The notes under the pieces are model-generated. The model had not been told where the DNA came from. It was given only the letters and a program-made list of their open reading frames with translations, and searched no databases. The position numbers and the translations under genes were made by a program. A stretch of DNA of 63,145 bases, counting the filler, from Asterionella formosa (Eukaryota): assembly GCA_002256025.1 (NCBI GenBank). It is 8 parts of 8 records of this genome, joined end to end, with 100 filler letters (N's around TTAATTAATTAA, not from the genome) between each part and the next. Parts side by side here need not be neighbours in the genome. Positions count along the whole stretch, not along the records: positions 26,502 to 52,881 come from NKIB01001735.1; 7 more parts are not named here. One strand, given 5' to 3'. Shown one piece after another: positions 37,041 to 49,859 of this stretch; position 1 is the first letter of the stretch; each line of letters begins with the position of its first letter.

Positions 37041-39317
37041 AAAGAAATGTTATGCTTTCAAGACAGAAGGAGTTGAAGTTTTGATCAAGTTACCAACAAA
37101 TGGGAGACAACTTACATGATCTATATTGCACAATAATTTTACTATTAGAATGTTTATAGTAATTTTTGCAGTGAGCTTGGTAATTCTACACTTTGGATCA
37201 TGGGGTCCACAATGCCAATGTGCCCACTCTCATGATCTGATTCCATGTGTATCAAGAAAGTTCCTGAGAGAAGAATAAGTATACACAATCATAACAGCTA
37301 TGATACATATGATAATACGACACATATAGGGAGGGTGGATGGACTCACCTTTCTTTGATACCATGTTGCTTTCGTAGGAATCCTAGGCAATGATAATCCA
37401 AATTTCTTCATCACAACACTTGTCGTGTACAGAAATCATAGGATTCAGATGCCAGGGCACTTACATTATGTTTAGCCCTTTAGACTGTAGAGCTGTATGC
37501 TAATCCAATAATGCTCTCCCAGTTTTGAGAGTACAAGAAATTGGAGAGTCTCATTCAGATACCTTGATTATTTAACTTCATCAAAAGTACAGAATCTCTA
37601 GTAAGCATTTTTGAGCACCCTCCCTGCAACTGCAGGATGCATCCCTAAAAATGCTTGTAGAACAAGCAAGGTAGTAGATTACTTCTTGTGGTTGTGTTGG
37701 CAGGAATAACCAAATGGCAAGACAATAAATGAGATAGCAAAGTAGCAACATAAAAAACAAGAAAGCGTCAGCATCAAACTTTCAAAGCAACCTCCATTCA
37801 AAATTTAATCATGGAATTTACTGCAATAGCGGCTGTAACACTAGCATCTGGCTGATTTTAGTTGCCTGATTAAGGATGGTTGTTTCCAGTGCCAATGGAA
37901 ACACCTCAAGAAATGGTGAGAAAGCAGAGCACTCACGTGCACATGACTACAAACTACAAAAACACGGCGAAAAGGAAACAACGATGAAGGCAATGTAAGG
38001 TTCAGGAATCACCGCATCCTATGCTAATTAAGAAGGTGAAAATGACGATGTTTGCAGGCTTATCTTTAAGTACAAATATAGCCAAAAAATATGGCCAGAA
38101 GCATAAATATCAACACTGAAAATAGCGACGGTTCTGAAGCAGAGAAGAAACAAAAGGCGAATAACTACACAATCAAGAAAGAAGCAAAAGCAATGAAATA
38201 ATTGCACCACTATCAATGAACACACATGCATCATATTCATAATGTAAAGAGCAGTGGTGGCAATGATTACAATTCAAATAGAAGTGATGCTAGACGAGAG
38301 AAGGAAAGGGTACACTTTATTTCTGACAAGGAAAGATGGAATAGCGATTTCAATGAAGCAACAACCACACACAACGAAATGGAAACAGCAAAAAATGTAA
38401 ACAAACGGACAACATCAGCAATAACAGCCGAGCAAGTCAACAAAGAATGTATACACAGCACCAACAAGCAGTTCATGGATATTGACGAAAAATTAGGAGA
38501 CACTGAGCTTGACGTAGACAAAGTAGACATGAGAAAAGATTCTTCATTGAAGAAAATCTCTTCATGCTGGGAATTGGTAGAAGGACGTCATCCTCGGGCG
38601 CGTTGTTGGCCCCAATAAACTTATCAATTTCCCCTGTGTCTATCCAGGCACAAGTGCGATTATTTAGTTTAGTTTTTAATGTACTTTATAAAAAAATCAA
38701 CCTAATCTAAGGAGGTGTTTGGAATTTTGATGAGAGTTTGTCTCGCCTTGAGTCTTATCATCCGAGTGGATCATTTTGTACCCAAATGTAGCAGCAATTA
38801 CCTTTGATGGGGTCAATTATCACATTTGGAAGTATGTGGAAGGATAATTTGTAGAGAAGCAGCAAACATAGCGGTAGAGGAATGATGAGGACAACGGAAT
38901 AAGAACTAGTGACAATGAGCCAAGTGTATGTATGGGTATCAGTGGCCCCTACAAACATTCCAAGAAGCAACTTATCGCACAGCTGGCAGCGCATGTAGTA
39001 CATACAACAAACTCTGTGCAGTAAATACGCTTAGTATCACAGCTGGACATACAGTATTAAGATAATGTGAGACTTTTGAATGGACATTTGGGATTGGCAC
39101 TCCAAAAGAACCCAACATGTGAAGCCGGCAAGAAGGCATCACGCCATATTCTCTTCACTTGGCTTGCAAGACTTAACACAGTGCGAATATTTGTTTGTCC
39201 AGTCTATTAAAACTACAATCGATTTGACCCCTTTGAGATGCACATAAATGACCGAGGAATTGATTTCATGTAGAATCCATGAGTTTAATCTTATGAGTTC
39301 ATCTGCGATTTGTTGAA

Positions 39318-40330
39318 TCATTTGGTGGTGATGATGCAATCGTCAACACCTTTTGTACGCTTCCCTAATGTTGACGATGGCTTTTTGTTTCTAATGGTAA
39401 CTATATGATCGATCGAATACATGGTAGGGTGTTCGAAACTGTTGTAGGCTGTTTGAACAGCAGCAGCAAGGAGGTGACAGTGAAGAATGTTGCAACTGGC
39501 AACGCACACTAGATGCCTGGCACCAATCATGTGCACATAGTTGGTCACATTTCGAGTTCCTGTCAAAGCGACCCATTTACCCATAAAGTCACAACAGAGA
39601 GTGTGGAATTCTTCAAGGTCTATGTCCGAAAAATCTTTCTCATGCCTTGCAAAATGAATTACTTCCCAATATTTGGTTGTCATGTTTTCCTATTCAAGCA
39701 ATTTCCCTGCATTTGTCTCATGGGTTATTATCAGTTTTTCTCTTACAATTCTTGGCAAAAAACACAATAAATAACCGCATCTAGTCCGTCTACTATGTAT
39801 GGTTTTGTCATTGTGTTAGTTACATTTTCTCTTTCCACCGATTTTATCCTGAGAAAGTGGAGAGTGCCATTGAGCAGGGTTGGTGAACAAGCGTTCCCAA
39901 CACTTCAATCATCATAACTTTCGAGATAGCTAGTTTAAATGAAGTCCATTGGACATTGTCAGCATCGCCATAGCGACGCATGCCGTGCTGTAGGAGTACA
40001 TGAAAATTTTCTTGTTCATTTGGTTCTGACAGTGAAGCAAGCATGCATTGCTTGCTCGACTGTAATCAACACCAGCTCAGCCACAGCTTTGTTTCTACTT
40101 GAAGCCCTCCTTATCCCTATCACCTTCTGTTTGATTTCTATTTCGTCTAGTAGTGGTGATCCTTGTCACTCATCCAAGGCCATCATTCCATATATCAATT
40201 CTCTGATAGGGTGTCTTATTAACTATTCAGTCATGAGGAATTGGTTATACTCACCAATTATGTCATCCCCTTTACCAATACACATGAAATCAATATGTTT
40301 AATATTTTTTGTCTTTGCAACTTGATTAGT
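39318..40330 (-). pseudogene. Decayed transposase with Transib/RAG1-like motifs
   Basis: CLLHCQN near 40030-40045 and W...TG..NVTNYVHMIGARH near 39510-39570; several frameshifts. Confidence 0.45.
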
Positions 40331-41078
40331 TCTCTGAAATTGTTGATGTTTGCATCTGCCATGGTGGATTTTTGTTGTATTGTTATTCCATCATGATCAT
40401 GATTCCAAATTTTCACCATTTCTAAATAAGAAAAAATGTTTCATCATGGTTGTGTCAATTTACGTAGGATTTTACTATTGCCTATTTTATCAATCACAAC
40501 ATATACAATTCGGTTGCTCAGAGCAGCCAATTTATGAGCTTCCTCAATCTAACAACTTGCTGGTAAACATGTCACGTGTGTGATTTTTGATATTGGATTA
40601 GGGCACCCCCCAAAAGTGCTTGCTAGCAAGTCATTGATTTGAGCAAGATCTCAGTCTGCTGCAACAAAATTGATACCCCTAATTTCTCGGAGCAGCCAAG
40701 TTGGGCAGAGAGATAGAGGATTAGTATACAAATTTTCAGTCTTGAGGACAAAACATATTGTTAGCACCGATATGTACTTACATCCAGATTCTATTTGTAC
40801 TTGTCAAGTGCTCCTTGTTGTGTTGTAGTACGTGGTAGGCTCCACCCACGTATCTGAACCAGGTACGAGGTACCTGGTACCAGCACCATCAAGAACATAG
40901 ACAATATTATTTGCTTGGATTTCATCACTCAGACCTCCTCATTGCATCATTCGTTGATGAAGAACTTTCTAACATTATCCAGAAAGGAACAGAAGAGTGC
41001 CATAACGAAACTATCCATCTCGTTCATGTGAAAATACCATACCCGGGTAACGCTCGACTACAAAGCACAGGGGCTACA

Positions 41079-42434
41079 ATGACATTTATATTGACTTCAT
41101 TATTTCGAAAACGACCCTTGGCTTCCATTTGCCACTTCGGTTCTGTTGCCTTTGTCTCGAATCTATATCCGCACCCATCAGCATCTGCTGCCGGTGTTCG
41201 AACCAGCTTTATGCTTGATAGATTCACCGATGATCCTTCCATTGGCAGAGTGCATTTCTTGACCGGAGCTGCACCGAATGATGCAATAGAAAAGAGGTAC
41301 CCAGACGTGACATTTCACCAAATGCCTCCGAACGATACTCCAGCGATGAAAGCGTTGCTTAACGACATTGGTACCGATCTTTCCATGGTCATATTCGATC
41401 GATTCTACGCTGAAGAAGCGTATTCGTTCCATTTTAGAGAGCATTGTCCCCACGCACTACGTGTTTTAGATATGCAAGATATGCACTCCTTGCGGCTGGG
41501 ACGAGAAGAAGTAGTACTGAGAAAGCGTGATGAAGATGTGGAGGTACAGGATCCGTTCGGCAGATTAGAAGAGTCAATCCAATACGAACCAAGGGCTTAC
41601 GATGAAAAATTATTAAGGGAACTGGCCAGTCTACATCGATCGGATTTGGCCATGGTATGCTCTCCTCGTGAAATTGTATTGCTGGAGAAACTCGGACTTG
41701 CACGCCAGAAACTTGTTCCCGCCTCATTCTGGGTCGAGCCGATGGGATCAGTGCAGCGGACCACATTCGAATCACGAAAGAATTTTGTCTTTCTTGGCGG
41801 ATTCAAGCACCCTCCGAACGTGGACGCTGTCAAGGTACTGGCAGAATCCATCTGGCCAAAGATACATCAACTCCTTCCAGAATCGTCCTTGCATATATAT
41901 GGGGCCTTTTGTCCCCCACAACTGGCGAAGAACTTCAAGCATATTCCAAACTTGCAAATTCATGGATTCGCGTCTTCATTAGAGGATATCCTGACAGAAC
42001 ATCGAGTGATGTTAGCGCCTCTCCGTTTCGGGGCTGGTATCAAGGGCAAGATTGTAGACGCGTGGAATTTTGGATTGCCAGTTGTTTCGACAGGAATTGG
42101 AATGGAAGGAATGACTAATAGTTCTGGTCTTTGGGGAGGAAGAATTGCCAATGCAGTGGATGACTATGTTGCAGCTGCAGTTGACTTGTACAGCAATCAA
42201 CCAGAGTGGGCACAAACGTCGCGTCGAGGCATCGAGCTGAACTTGGAATTGTTCCCGCTTTCACAATGGGATCATGTTGTGAAAAAACTGAAATACTCCA
42301 TACAGCATCGCGACGAGCTACGAAATAGAGACTACCATGGCGCTATCCTTTGGCACCATACAGCTAGAAGTACTGAATACTTTTCACGGTGGATTGAGTG
42401 CAAAAACAAGAACGCTAACAACACAGCACTATAA
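41079..42434 (+). CDS. GT4 (GT-B) glycosyltransferase, bacterial-like, intronless
   Basis: YPHPSASAAG, FDRFYAEE, DMQDMHSLR, FLGGFKHPPNVDAV, APLRFGAGIKGKIVDAW..GLPVVST.IG.EG. Confidence 0.88.
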   Translation: MTFILTSLFRKRPLASICHFGSVAFVSNLYPHPSASAAGVRTSFMLDRFTDDPSIGRVHFLTGAAPNDAIEKRYPDVTFHQMPPNDTPAMKALLNDIGTDLSMVIFDRFYAEEAYSFHFREHCPHALRVLDMQDMHSLRLGREEVVLRKRDEDVEVQDPFGRLEESIQYEPRAYDEKLLRELASLHRSDLAMVCSPREIVLLEKLGLARQKLVPASFWVEPMGSVQRTTFESRKNFVFLGGFKHPPNVDAVKVLAESIWPKIHQLLPESSLHIYGAFCPPQLAKNFKHIPNLQIHGFASSLEDILTEHRVMLAPLRFGAGIKGKIVDAWNFGLPVVSTGIGMEGMTNSSGLWGGRIANAVDDYVAAAVDLYSNQPEWAQTSRRGIELNLELFPLSQWDHVVKKLKYSIQHRDELRNRDYHGAILWHHTARSTEYFSRWIECKNKNANNTAL

Positions 42435-43059
42435 ATAATAGACACATAGACACTATCTTTAGCCAAAGAGCACAGGACACTGTCAACTCGCGACATTTCA
42501 GCATTGCATTCATTCACGAGTATCATAGTGAGGATGAGGCAGTATACTGCGCAGTCCATCAGGAAGGCAATGAGTTTGAGAGGAATCTGGCCGGCTTTGT
42601 ACTGTACGTACATAGGAACAGGCTGTGGCATTGTATAATCGGTAATTACGTAATCATACACATAATAGTCATCAGGTGGTTTAGATTTTTGTCCCAGGGA
42701 GTACCGGTACTCCGAAAAAACTGATGTCTATGTACTCCGAACTATGTAGGAGTACGACTGTAATCTAATATCAGAGTAGTCTAGTTGCTCATACATATCA
42801 TTATTTAGTATACCGGTATGGATCTTGACATGACGACGTCGTATTCCGTTATTTCAGTTAAAGTACCGGTCAGATGACTTAAACATGGGCCAACTACCGG
42901 TAGCCCTACTCTAAATAATGACGACGATACCATACCGAACCTTTGCTTGATGACTGTCAACAAACAAAGAATACACGATGATGGGAAAGCGCGCTCAGTA
43001 GCAAGATATCTTTCGATATTTCTTAGACGAAGCGTACAAGGCATTTGTAAGCCAACACC

Positions 43060-44106
43060 ATGTTGTTCACGAGTCCATTCCTCGTCATTCTGGCTATGTT
43101 TGCTGCACCGCACGAAGAACAGTCTTCCAAGTGGGCTCACCGAACTGCAAAGAAACGAGAGCGTGTCTCTGATTTGTTAACTTCCCTTTCACTGCCTTCA
43201 TTGCTATTTCCATACTCTGGTTCCTTGGACCGCATTGAATTATGCACTCTCCAAGCTCCTTCCATTGATTGGGCTGCTTTTCCAGAAGTGGACCCAGTAG
43301 CGTCAGGAAAATTGAAGCCGGACACACAAAGGAGTCGGCGCAAGAGGCGACAGGTTGAGGCCTTCGTCTATGTGTGCAATGCGATCATGAGAGCAAAAGT
43401 GAAAGAGCATCATGATGAAGATGGTGAGGATATCGAAGTACAGTATATCATTGATTGCGGATCAGGAGCAGGAAACCTATCTATACCTCTTCATGAATTG
43501 GTAGGAACAGTCCTGGCAATTGATGTGAATGATGCTGCTCTATCAAGACTTCAAATTCGATGTCCTTCATTGGAAATCCTATGTGCCGATTTAGCTTCAT
43601 CAATTACTCTCCCACCCAACTCTGCAATCGTGACATCACTTCATGCTTGTGGAGCCGCTACTGATATGTCAATTAGTCTGGCCGTTCAAAACAAGCTACC
43701 CTTTTGCATGTCTCCATGTTGCACAGCCAAAGCAATTGTTGACCGAAAAATTAGCAACAAGTACGGGCCTGCAGTTTCTAGTCAACGAAGTGGTGCACCA
43801 GATTTTATCAACTATCCTCGATCTATGTGGCTATCAGAGCAACTTGCTTCTCCTTCCAATGACTATTCCTTGCTTGCCAAGATTGCTGATGTTGGCTTGG
43901 GTCCTCAAACACCCCCAGAGCAACGCATTCATCAACACCTTTCGAAAGTAACAATAGAGCTAGATCGACTACTTGGTGTAGCTGAACAAAACAATTATGT
44001 GGTGAGATTGGTTCGAATCCAGGACCATGAGGACTATGGGAAGTCTGAACTACTGCTGGGTGCTCCCAGAGGCAGTGAGGCTGCACGAGTTATTCAAGAA
44101 ATATAG
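43060..44106 (+). CDS. Class I SAM-dependent methyltransferase (Methyltransf_32 / GSTCD-like)
   Basis: RKRRQVE, IIDCGSGAGNL, SLHACGAATD and SPCC motifs; start at 43060 or 43096. Confidence 0.85.
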   Translation: MLFTSPFLVILAMFAAPHEEQSSKWAHRTAKKRERVSDLLTSLSLPSLLFPYSGSLDRIELCTLQAPSIDWAAFPEVDPVASGKLKPDTQRSRRKRRQVEAFVYVCNAIMRAKVKEHHDEDGEDIEVQYIIDCGSGAGNLSIPLHELVGTVLAIDVNDAALSRLQIRCPSLEILCADLASSITLPPNSAIVTSLHACGAATDMSISLAVQNKLPFCMSPCCTAKAIVDRKISNKYGPAVSSQRSGAPDFINYPRSMWLSEQLASPSNDYSLLAKIADVGLGPQTPPEQRIHQHLSKVTIELDRLLGVAEQNNYVVRLVRIQDHEDYGKSELLLGAPRGSEAARVIQEI

Positions 44107-44489
44107 ATGCATTGACTTATGAATCATTGGAGAATTCTGAAACATCATGACAACTTGGGTGACAATTGGTAGGAGCAGCCTTTCACAAGGGATTCATTCT
44201 CCATGTCAGCACCTGCAAGCATACCTGGGTTGTATAGATAGATTGAGATAGAATAGAATTGCATTTGAGTGAAAACAAAATAAACTGCCTGGATGTTTGA
44301 TTGATTCATGCCTACATATTTGAACGATTGCAACTGAACCTGACATGTGATTTGATGTCCTTTAGTGCAAGGATGAAAAAGGAATATGTGTGGTACATGT
44401 AAATAATATTCCCTGCAGTTCAATGCCCAAAGTCATTCTGGTTGTTGGGATGGTACCAGGTACTGGGTTAATGAAAAACCTCATTTTTA

Positions 44490-44730
44490 AAGCGCTTTAA
44501 GACTACTCTATTGCTGATAGGGAGCCTGCATAGCGCTTCCTGGCATTTCCAGCCTAGGTGTTGTTGAATGCTCACCAACCTGATATCAGCCCAACAAATG
44601 TAGTGCTGACTTTGCTTGGGCGCTGCAATGCGGGGAGCATGGTACTGGTTTTAGCAGTCTCCTGAAAAGACAGGAAGCAAGTGCTATGCATTTTACTCTA
44701 TTAGCAGTTGAGTAGTTTTAATATGGTATA
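44490..44730. repeat. Imperfect long inverted repeat
   Basis: ACTACTCTATTGCTGATAG...TGCATAGCGCTTCCTG pairs with CAGGAAGC...GCTATGCA...CTATTAGCAGTTGAGTAGT. Confidence 0.6.
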
Positions 44731-44742
44731 TAAATGTAGTTA

Positions 44743-44805
44743 GGGAGATTGCTTACTTGGTTAGCATGCCTTCATAAGTGGTGGGCTCGATTCCTGCACT
44801 CTCCA
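44743..44805 (+). pseudogene. Degenerate tRNA-like sequence (pseudo-tRNA or SINE head)
   Basis: GGAGA/TCTCC acceptor-like stem, A-box-like TGCTTACTTGG, B-box-like GGCTCGATTCC; only about 63 nt. Confidence 0.35.
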
Positions 44806-46047
44806 CCTGTCTTTCTTTTCATGATGTATTACCTACGGTTCCAGGGGTGCAGCTAATGAACAAAAAAGACAGGTCTCCATTGTACCATATATGGACAAAT
44901 AAAACCAGAAATGATCCCCACGCTCCAGCGCCCAAAGTGACCACCTTTGCTGGGATAATCCTGGGTTGGTAAGTCAGTATAGGAACACCAGGGCTGGCAG
45001 CGCCAAGAAGAATTACGCTTTCTACCCTTCTAGCAAATGACGTAATATAAGTGAGTTTAATTTTATATAAATGAAGTTACTATATGCACGCAAATACCAC
45101 AATTTACCCTGGCTTCCTGTGCCTCCAAATGTACACATCCATGACTCAAAGCAAACGCTTAGAAGGGGTATGACAATGGGAATTCTTGACTTTATTCAAT
45201 TCAACTATAGATCAGATTCATCACTGTATTCCAGAAGATGCAAAACATGGTACTTGGAGTACCGGGTAAAGTGTAATTTATAGTTTTTTACATAATTGCT
45301 TTCTCCTTTTTGGCCACATGCTGATTAAATAAGAATTGTATCATCATCCATCTCAAACAGTACAAGTAGTTTCAATGCTGATTCCATATGTTGTGTGCTC
45401 TACCACCCTACTTTTTAATGGGCCATGGAGTGCAGCAACAATGAACCCAGAAAGAGAATAGAATTACTATTCATTTATTTATATTTATATTTATATTTAT
45501 AAATAGACCTAATACTACACCAATCACTCCAAGCAACAAAGAAAGATCATGGCGGTATGGTTATATGGAATATCTGGTAAGCCAATTGGTACTGATACTA
45601 GTAGACTCCTAATGTAATGAAGTGGTGCCTGTACATACCAGCAATAGTAATGTGATGCAGAACAGGCATTTAAGTTATCAATTCGCTCTTTAAAATCGTT
45701 TTTATGATCACCACTTAGTGATGTAGGATTTATGCTAATTTTATTCTTCAAAACAGGGAAATGTCAAGAAAGCACAACAATGACCAGGGCAATAGTACAG
45801 GGCAGCCTGAAGCAAAAATAAGCAAGTCTTTATGCATACTTTGCTTCATTCTCTCCAAACTCAATTTTTTTGCCTTTTCCAGCTGAAGTAATGAAAACAA
45901 CTAATCTTAAATAAAAGTTTTCAAAGTCATTGGGATTGGAAATTTGCAACTGCCAGCATCATCAGTTTTAGTCTTTTTGAGCGCCTGTCTTGTGTCATGT
46001 GGTCCTTTTAGTACCGGTACATCAACTTGCAGGTGTGGTACCTGGTA

Positions 46048-46826
46048 CCAAAAAAAACTGCCATGACCCATTGAGAATATTTTTGAACTGCCGTGACCCA
46101 TTGAATGCAGAATAACACATTTTGCAATCAAAACTTAAATAGATATAAATTTTGAGAGTTTTGGCTCCTTCCCGAGCATGTAGGCTAGTCAGCTATGTAA
46201 TTAGTTTGAGATTTGGAGCAAGTTGCTCATCTCGATAGATTGCCTGAAATGGTCGATTGACCGAAAAACCATGAAGAACACGGACTTGGGTAAGTTTAGA
46301 AGTCACCACATCATATACGACGATCAATACAAAAATTTTCGATATTGATTTGAACCTTCACCTCATTTGCGACAATATAGTTTATCTAGTCTTGGTATTG
46401 ACTTCTACGGAGATGGCAAATTATTTAGGCACATGGCATCATGATGCAAATACATTATGTATGATTACGGGTATAACAGGTAAGGGAGTACATACCAGGT
46501 TTTCATTGCACCTTTCTAATAACATGCATGACAAGTGCTTTAACACATGACCTAATCCGTCCTCGAAAATGTATATAAATGTATATTGGTTTATCTAGAA
46601 AAAAGTATATACTGCCATGACCCATTGAAACCACTTTTCAGCTGTTTTATTATCATCGCATTTTCTGATGAAATTGTTCAATCAGAATTCTAACACAACA
46701 GCTTGATTGATCGATGTTGCTCTGACAGTATCAAACAAACAGATCCGCAATTAGGTAGAATTTACCACTAGTCGGAGGAGTCAAACAAACACCCCAACTC
46801 AATGGGTCAGGGCAGTTTTTTACTGG
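46048..46826. mobile_element. MITE with TIRs of about 28 bp, flanked by TA
   Basis: CCAAAAAAAACTGCCATGACCCATTGAG versus CTCAATGGGTCAGGGCAGTTTTTTACTGG; internal ACTGCC(A/G)TGACCCATTGA copies near 46088 and 46611. Confidence 0.82.
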
Positions 46827-47517
46827 TACCTGGTACCACTGGTATTTACTCCGTTCAAGGTTAGTATCCCCAAGACGAGGGTCCCCTGGTGCCAGCATGT
46901 TCCGGAATACTATGTTGACTACCAATCACGTAAGGTCCGATGTGGTTTGAGAGATTAGCCAAGAAAGTTTTCCCAAAGTTTGACCGTCCTTTGCTTCCCT
47001 GTACCTGACCTGCCAATTAACTTCATGCATGTGTATTCTATCACAGCCTTGTCGTGTTATCTATGCATGGTTGAAAATGGAATCTAGAATCCAAATCTGC
47101 CATTGTTTGTTTGATTTATGACTTCAACATCTGACGTGGTTTGTTGTAAGTTGTTGACACTTCCTTTAATTTTTCCGATGCATTTTCTTCACCCCACCGG
47201 GAAAACGTACCCCCAGGATATAGTACAAAGTAACTTCGTTTGTTGCTTGTCCTCCATCACTACACACTTTCTCACTTTACTCAACCCAGAATCATTGTGG
47301 CAGGTGAGAATACAAAGTTAGATTATTTGATTGCATCACACGGAGAATATGGAGTCAGATGATGTTTCTGTAAGGACGGAATGAGAGCAACCAACAAAAA
47401 ATCTCCCTTAACAGGTTCATTCTTTGAACAATAATATGCCAAACTTCAACTTGGAACGACTCTATGTACTAACATTAACCTTGGTTCTCTACATCACCTT
47501 TCATTTTTCCAGATATC

Positions 47518-48523
47518 ATGTCCCTTGTCAATCAGACTTGTTGGATCGTCGGAGGAGTTGGTGTGGTGGGGAGGGGTATCACCCGAGGCTTGCTCCAGGC
47601 AGGCGCCACTGTGATAGTCAATTCACGTTCGGAGGAACGTTTGGAGACTTTGAAGGAGACTCTTGGAAACCCCCTTCGTCTTGTCACAGTTCATGGTTCC
47701 CTCCTTCCCGGCCATGCCTCTCATACCGTCGCAGAAACGTTGGCAGACCGTCAGTTGCACCACGTTGTGGCTCATGGAGCCGTTCGCTGGTGGGCTCGGC
47801 CCACTGCTGGCACGTACGAGTACTATGAATACCGTGCTGGATGTGATGAGTCCTACTCTCTAAACATCAAGGCCAGCCAGTCGCTTTTTGATATCAGTCC
47901 GGAAGAGTTTATTCCAGCTTCTGCTCAATTGGCCTCGCTGCATTTGAGTGCTGCCCAGCAACTCGTTCCTCGACTTGCTCCTGGAGCTAGTTCGTATACC
48001 TTCGTTACAGNNNNNNNNNNNNNNNNNNNNNNNNNNNNNNNNNNNNNNNNNNNNNNNNNNNNNNNNNNNNNNNNNNNNNNNNNNNNNNNNNNNNNNNNNN
48101 NNNNNNNNNNNNNNNNNNNNNNNNNNNNNNNNNNNNNNNNNNNNNNNNNNNNNNNNNNNNNNNNNNNNNNNNNNNNNNNNNNNNNNNNNNNNNNNNNNNN
48201 NNNNNNNNNNNNNNNNNNNNNNNNNNNNNNNNNNNNNNNNNNNNNNNNNNNNNNNNNNNNNNNNNNNNNNNNNNNNNNNNNNNNNNNNNNNNNNNNNNNN
48301 NNNNNNNNNNNNNNNNNNNNNNNNNNNNNNNNNNNNNNNNNNNNNNNNNNNNNNNNNNNNNNNNNNNNNNNNNNNNNNNNNNNNNNNNNNNNNNNTAATT
48401 AAATTGGACGACTTTGAAGTCATGAATGCAATCTTGGCGGAATACAACGTGACTCCCGATGAAAGTATTGGCCAGCTTCCTCACTTTGATTGCGACCAAG
48501 GAACATTGGTCGGATCGCTTTAA
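47518..48523 (+). CDS. Short-chain dehydrogenase/reductase-like protein, interrupted by a gap
   Basis: Rossmann motif IVGGVGVVGRGI..GLLQAGATVIVNSRS; coding-like sequence resumes after the gap and stops at 48523. Confidence 0.75.
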
Positions 48524-48702
48524 CCTATCTAATTTTTCAGGCCCATATTTGAAGATACTGTGCCAGTGCAGTGATGCTCCTTGCGATTTTTATGCTTATG
48601 ACGAGAGATGACGATTTAGCCTTTAATTGTAAACCAATACTACATATAGGACGAGCAAGTTTAAATGCACAGCCTTCCTGTCCCGAAGGTTGTTTTGTGT
48701 CG

Positions 48703-49859
48703 TTACGACTTCCGTGCTGCTGATGATAATTGAAAATCCACGCTCATTCGATCTGGCGCATACTCCGGTGGCGGTTCTCTTCCACATCGTCTGAACAAGT
48801 AAGCCACTTCTACATCCTTTGTCAACGGAATAATAAAATTCCGATAAATATTTTCAATAACTGCCGGATCCACCTTGTTATTCGAGCCTTCATCCTCAAG
48901 GGCTTCCACAGCTGCCATGACAGCAGCGGCGGCAGCTGCCGCTACCTTGGAGGTGGAATCTTTGCCCATATCTGGCACTAGGACAGGTTCTCTTCCGTAC
49001 GTGGCCGCCTTTAAGCGAGCCCTCCGTAGGACTTGAGCTTCCACCGCCATGTTGGTAAGTCGCTCCATGACGCCATCTGCGTCGTTGTTTTGTACGAGAC
49101 GCAAATAAGTGTCAGGGTCAGCTCTGTATTTACTCTCTGCGACAAATTTTCCATAATGAACTCGTCGGCTCAAGGCTTGCAACACTAATATGTCTGAAAT
49201 GACAGTAGACCCGTGTTGCTCATCGTCTCCCGGATTAGTAATGGAAGGAACAACAACGTCAATATATTTTTGCAATAGTACTTGATTGAAATTGATCTTC
49301 TTGGCCCCGTCCATGAGGAGCGATGGATATTCTAATTCGCCAAGCAACAATCCCTTGGGGAGTCGGTCTGGGAAGAATGCATGCTCTTCGGGGGACGTGT
49401 AACGACGAACTCCACTATGTAGGGCCTCCTGAGTTTTGGTGCGCGTGTGAGAGATTGTCTTGCATGTCCTTTTGCCAGTCTGCATGTTTCTGCATAACGT
49501 ACCGTCCCAACCAACATGTACTCCAAAAAACTCAATGGTGCGTCATCCCCTTCCTTGGGAGGAGTACTCCCAACAGGAACTCCCAAATCCCCAAACGCGC
49601 CCTTGACATAAATCGAAGGATTCAATCTGAACTGAGAACGCTCAATCAGGGCGAAGATAATTGTTTCTTCCTGCCGAATCAACGTCGATCGGATACTGTC
49701 CAATGATAACACGTCGGCTGTCGTAACGCAGTCATCTGCGGCGCCATTTGCGGCTTGTAGAACCATCGGGCCCCAACCATTATTTGATCCTTTCGATGCG
49801 ACAAAGGCCTGGCAGCTGTGCCAAACAAGGAGGATCGAGAGGAAGCGTATCATTGTCAT
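48703..49859 (-). CDS. Plastid-targeted chorismate mutase (eukaryotic AroQ), 2 exons; intron 49429-49502
   Basis: Signal peptide plus [68 protein letters not shown]; in-frame GT-AG intron. Confidence 0.95.

Noticed and set aside
38028..39003. 130 aa ORF at 38226 and neighbouring ORFs
   Set aside because: Low-complexity, no motif, inside a decayed repeat tract
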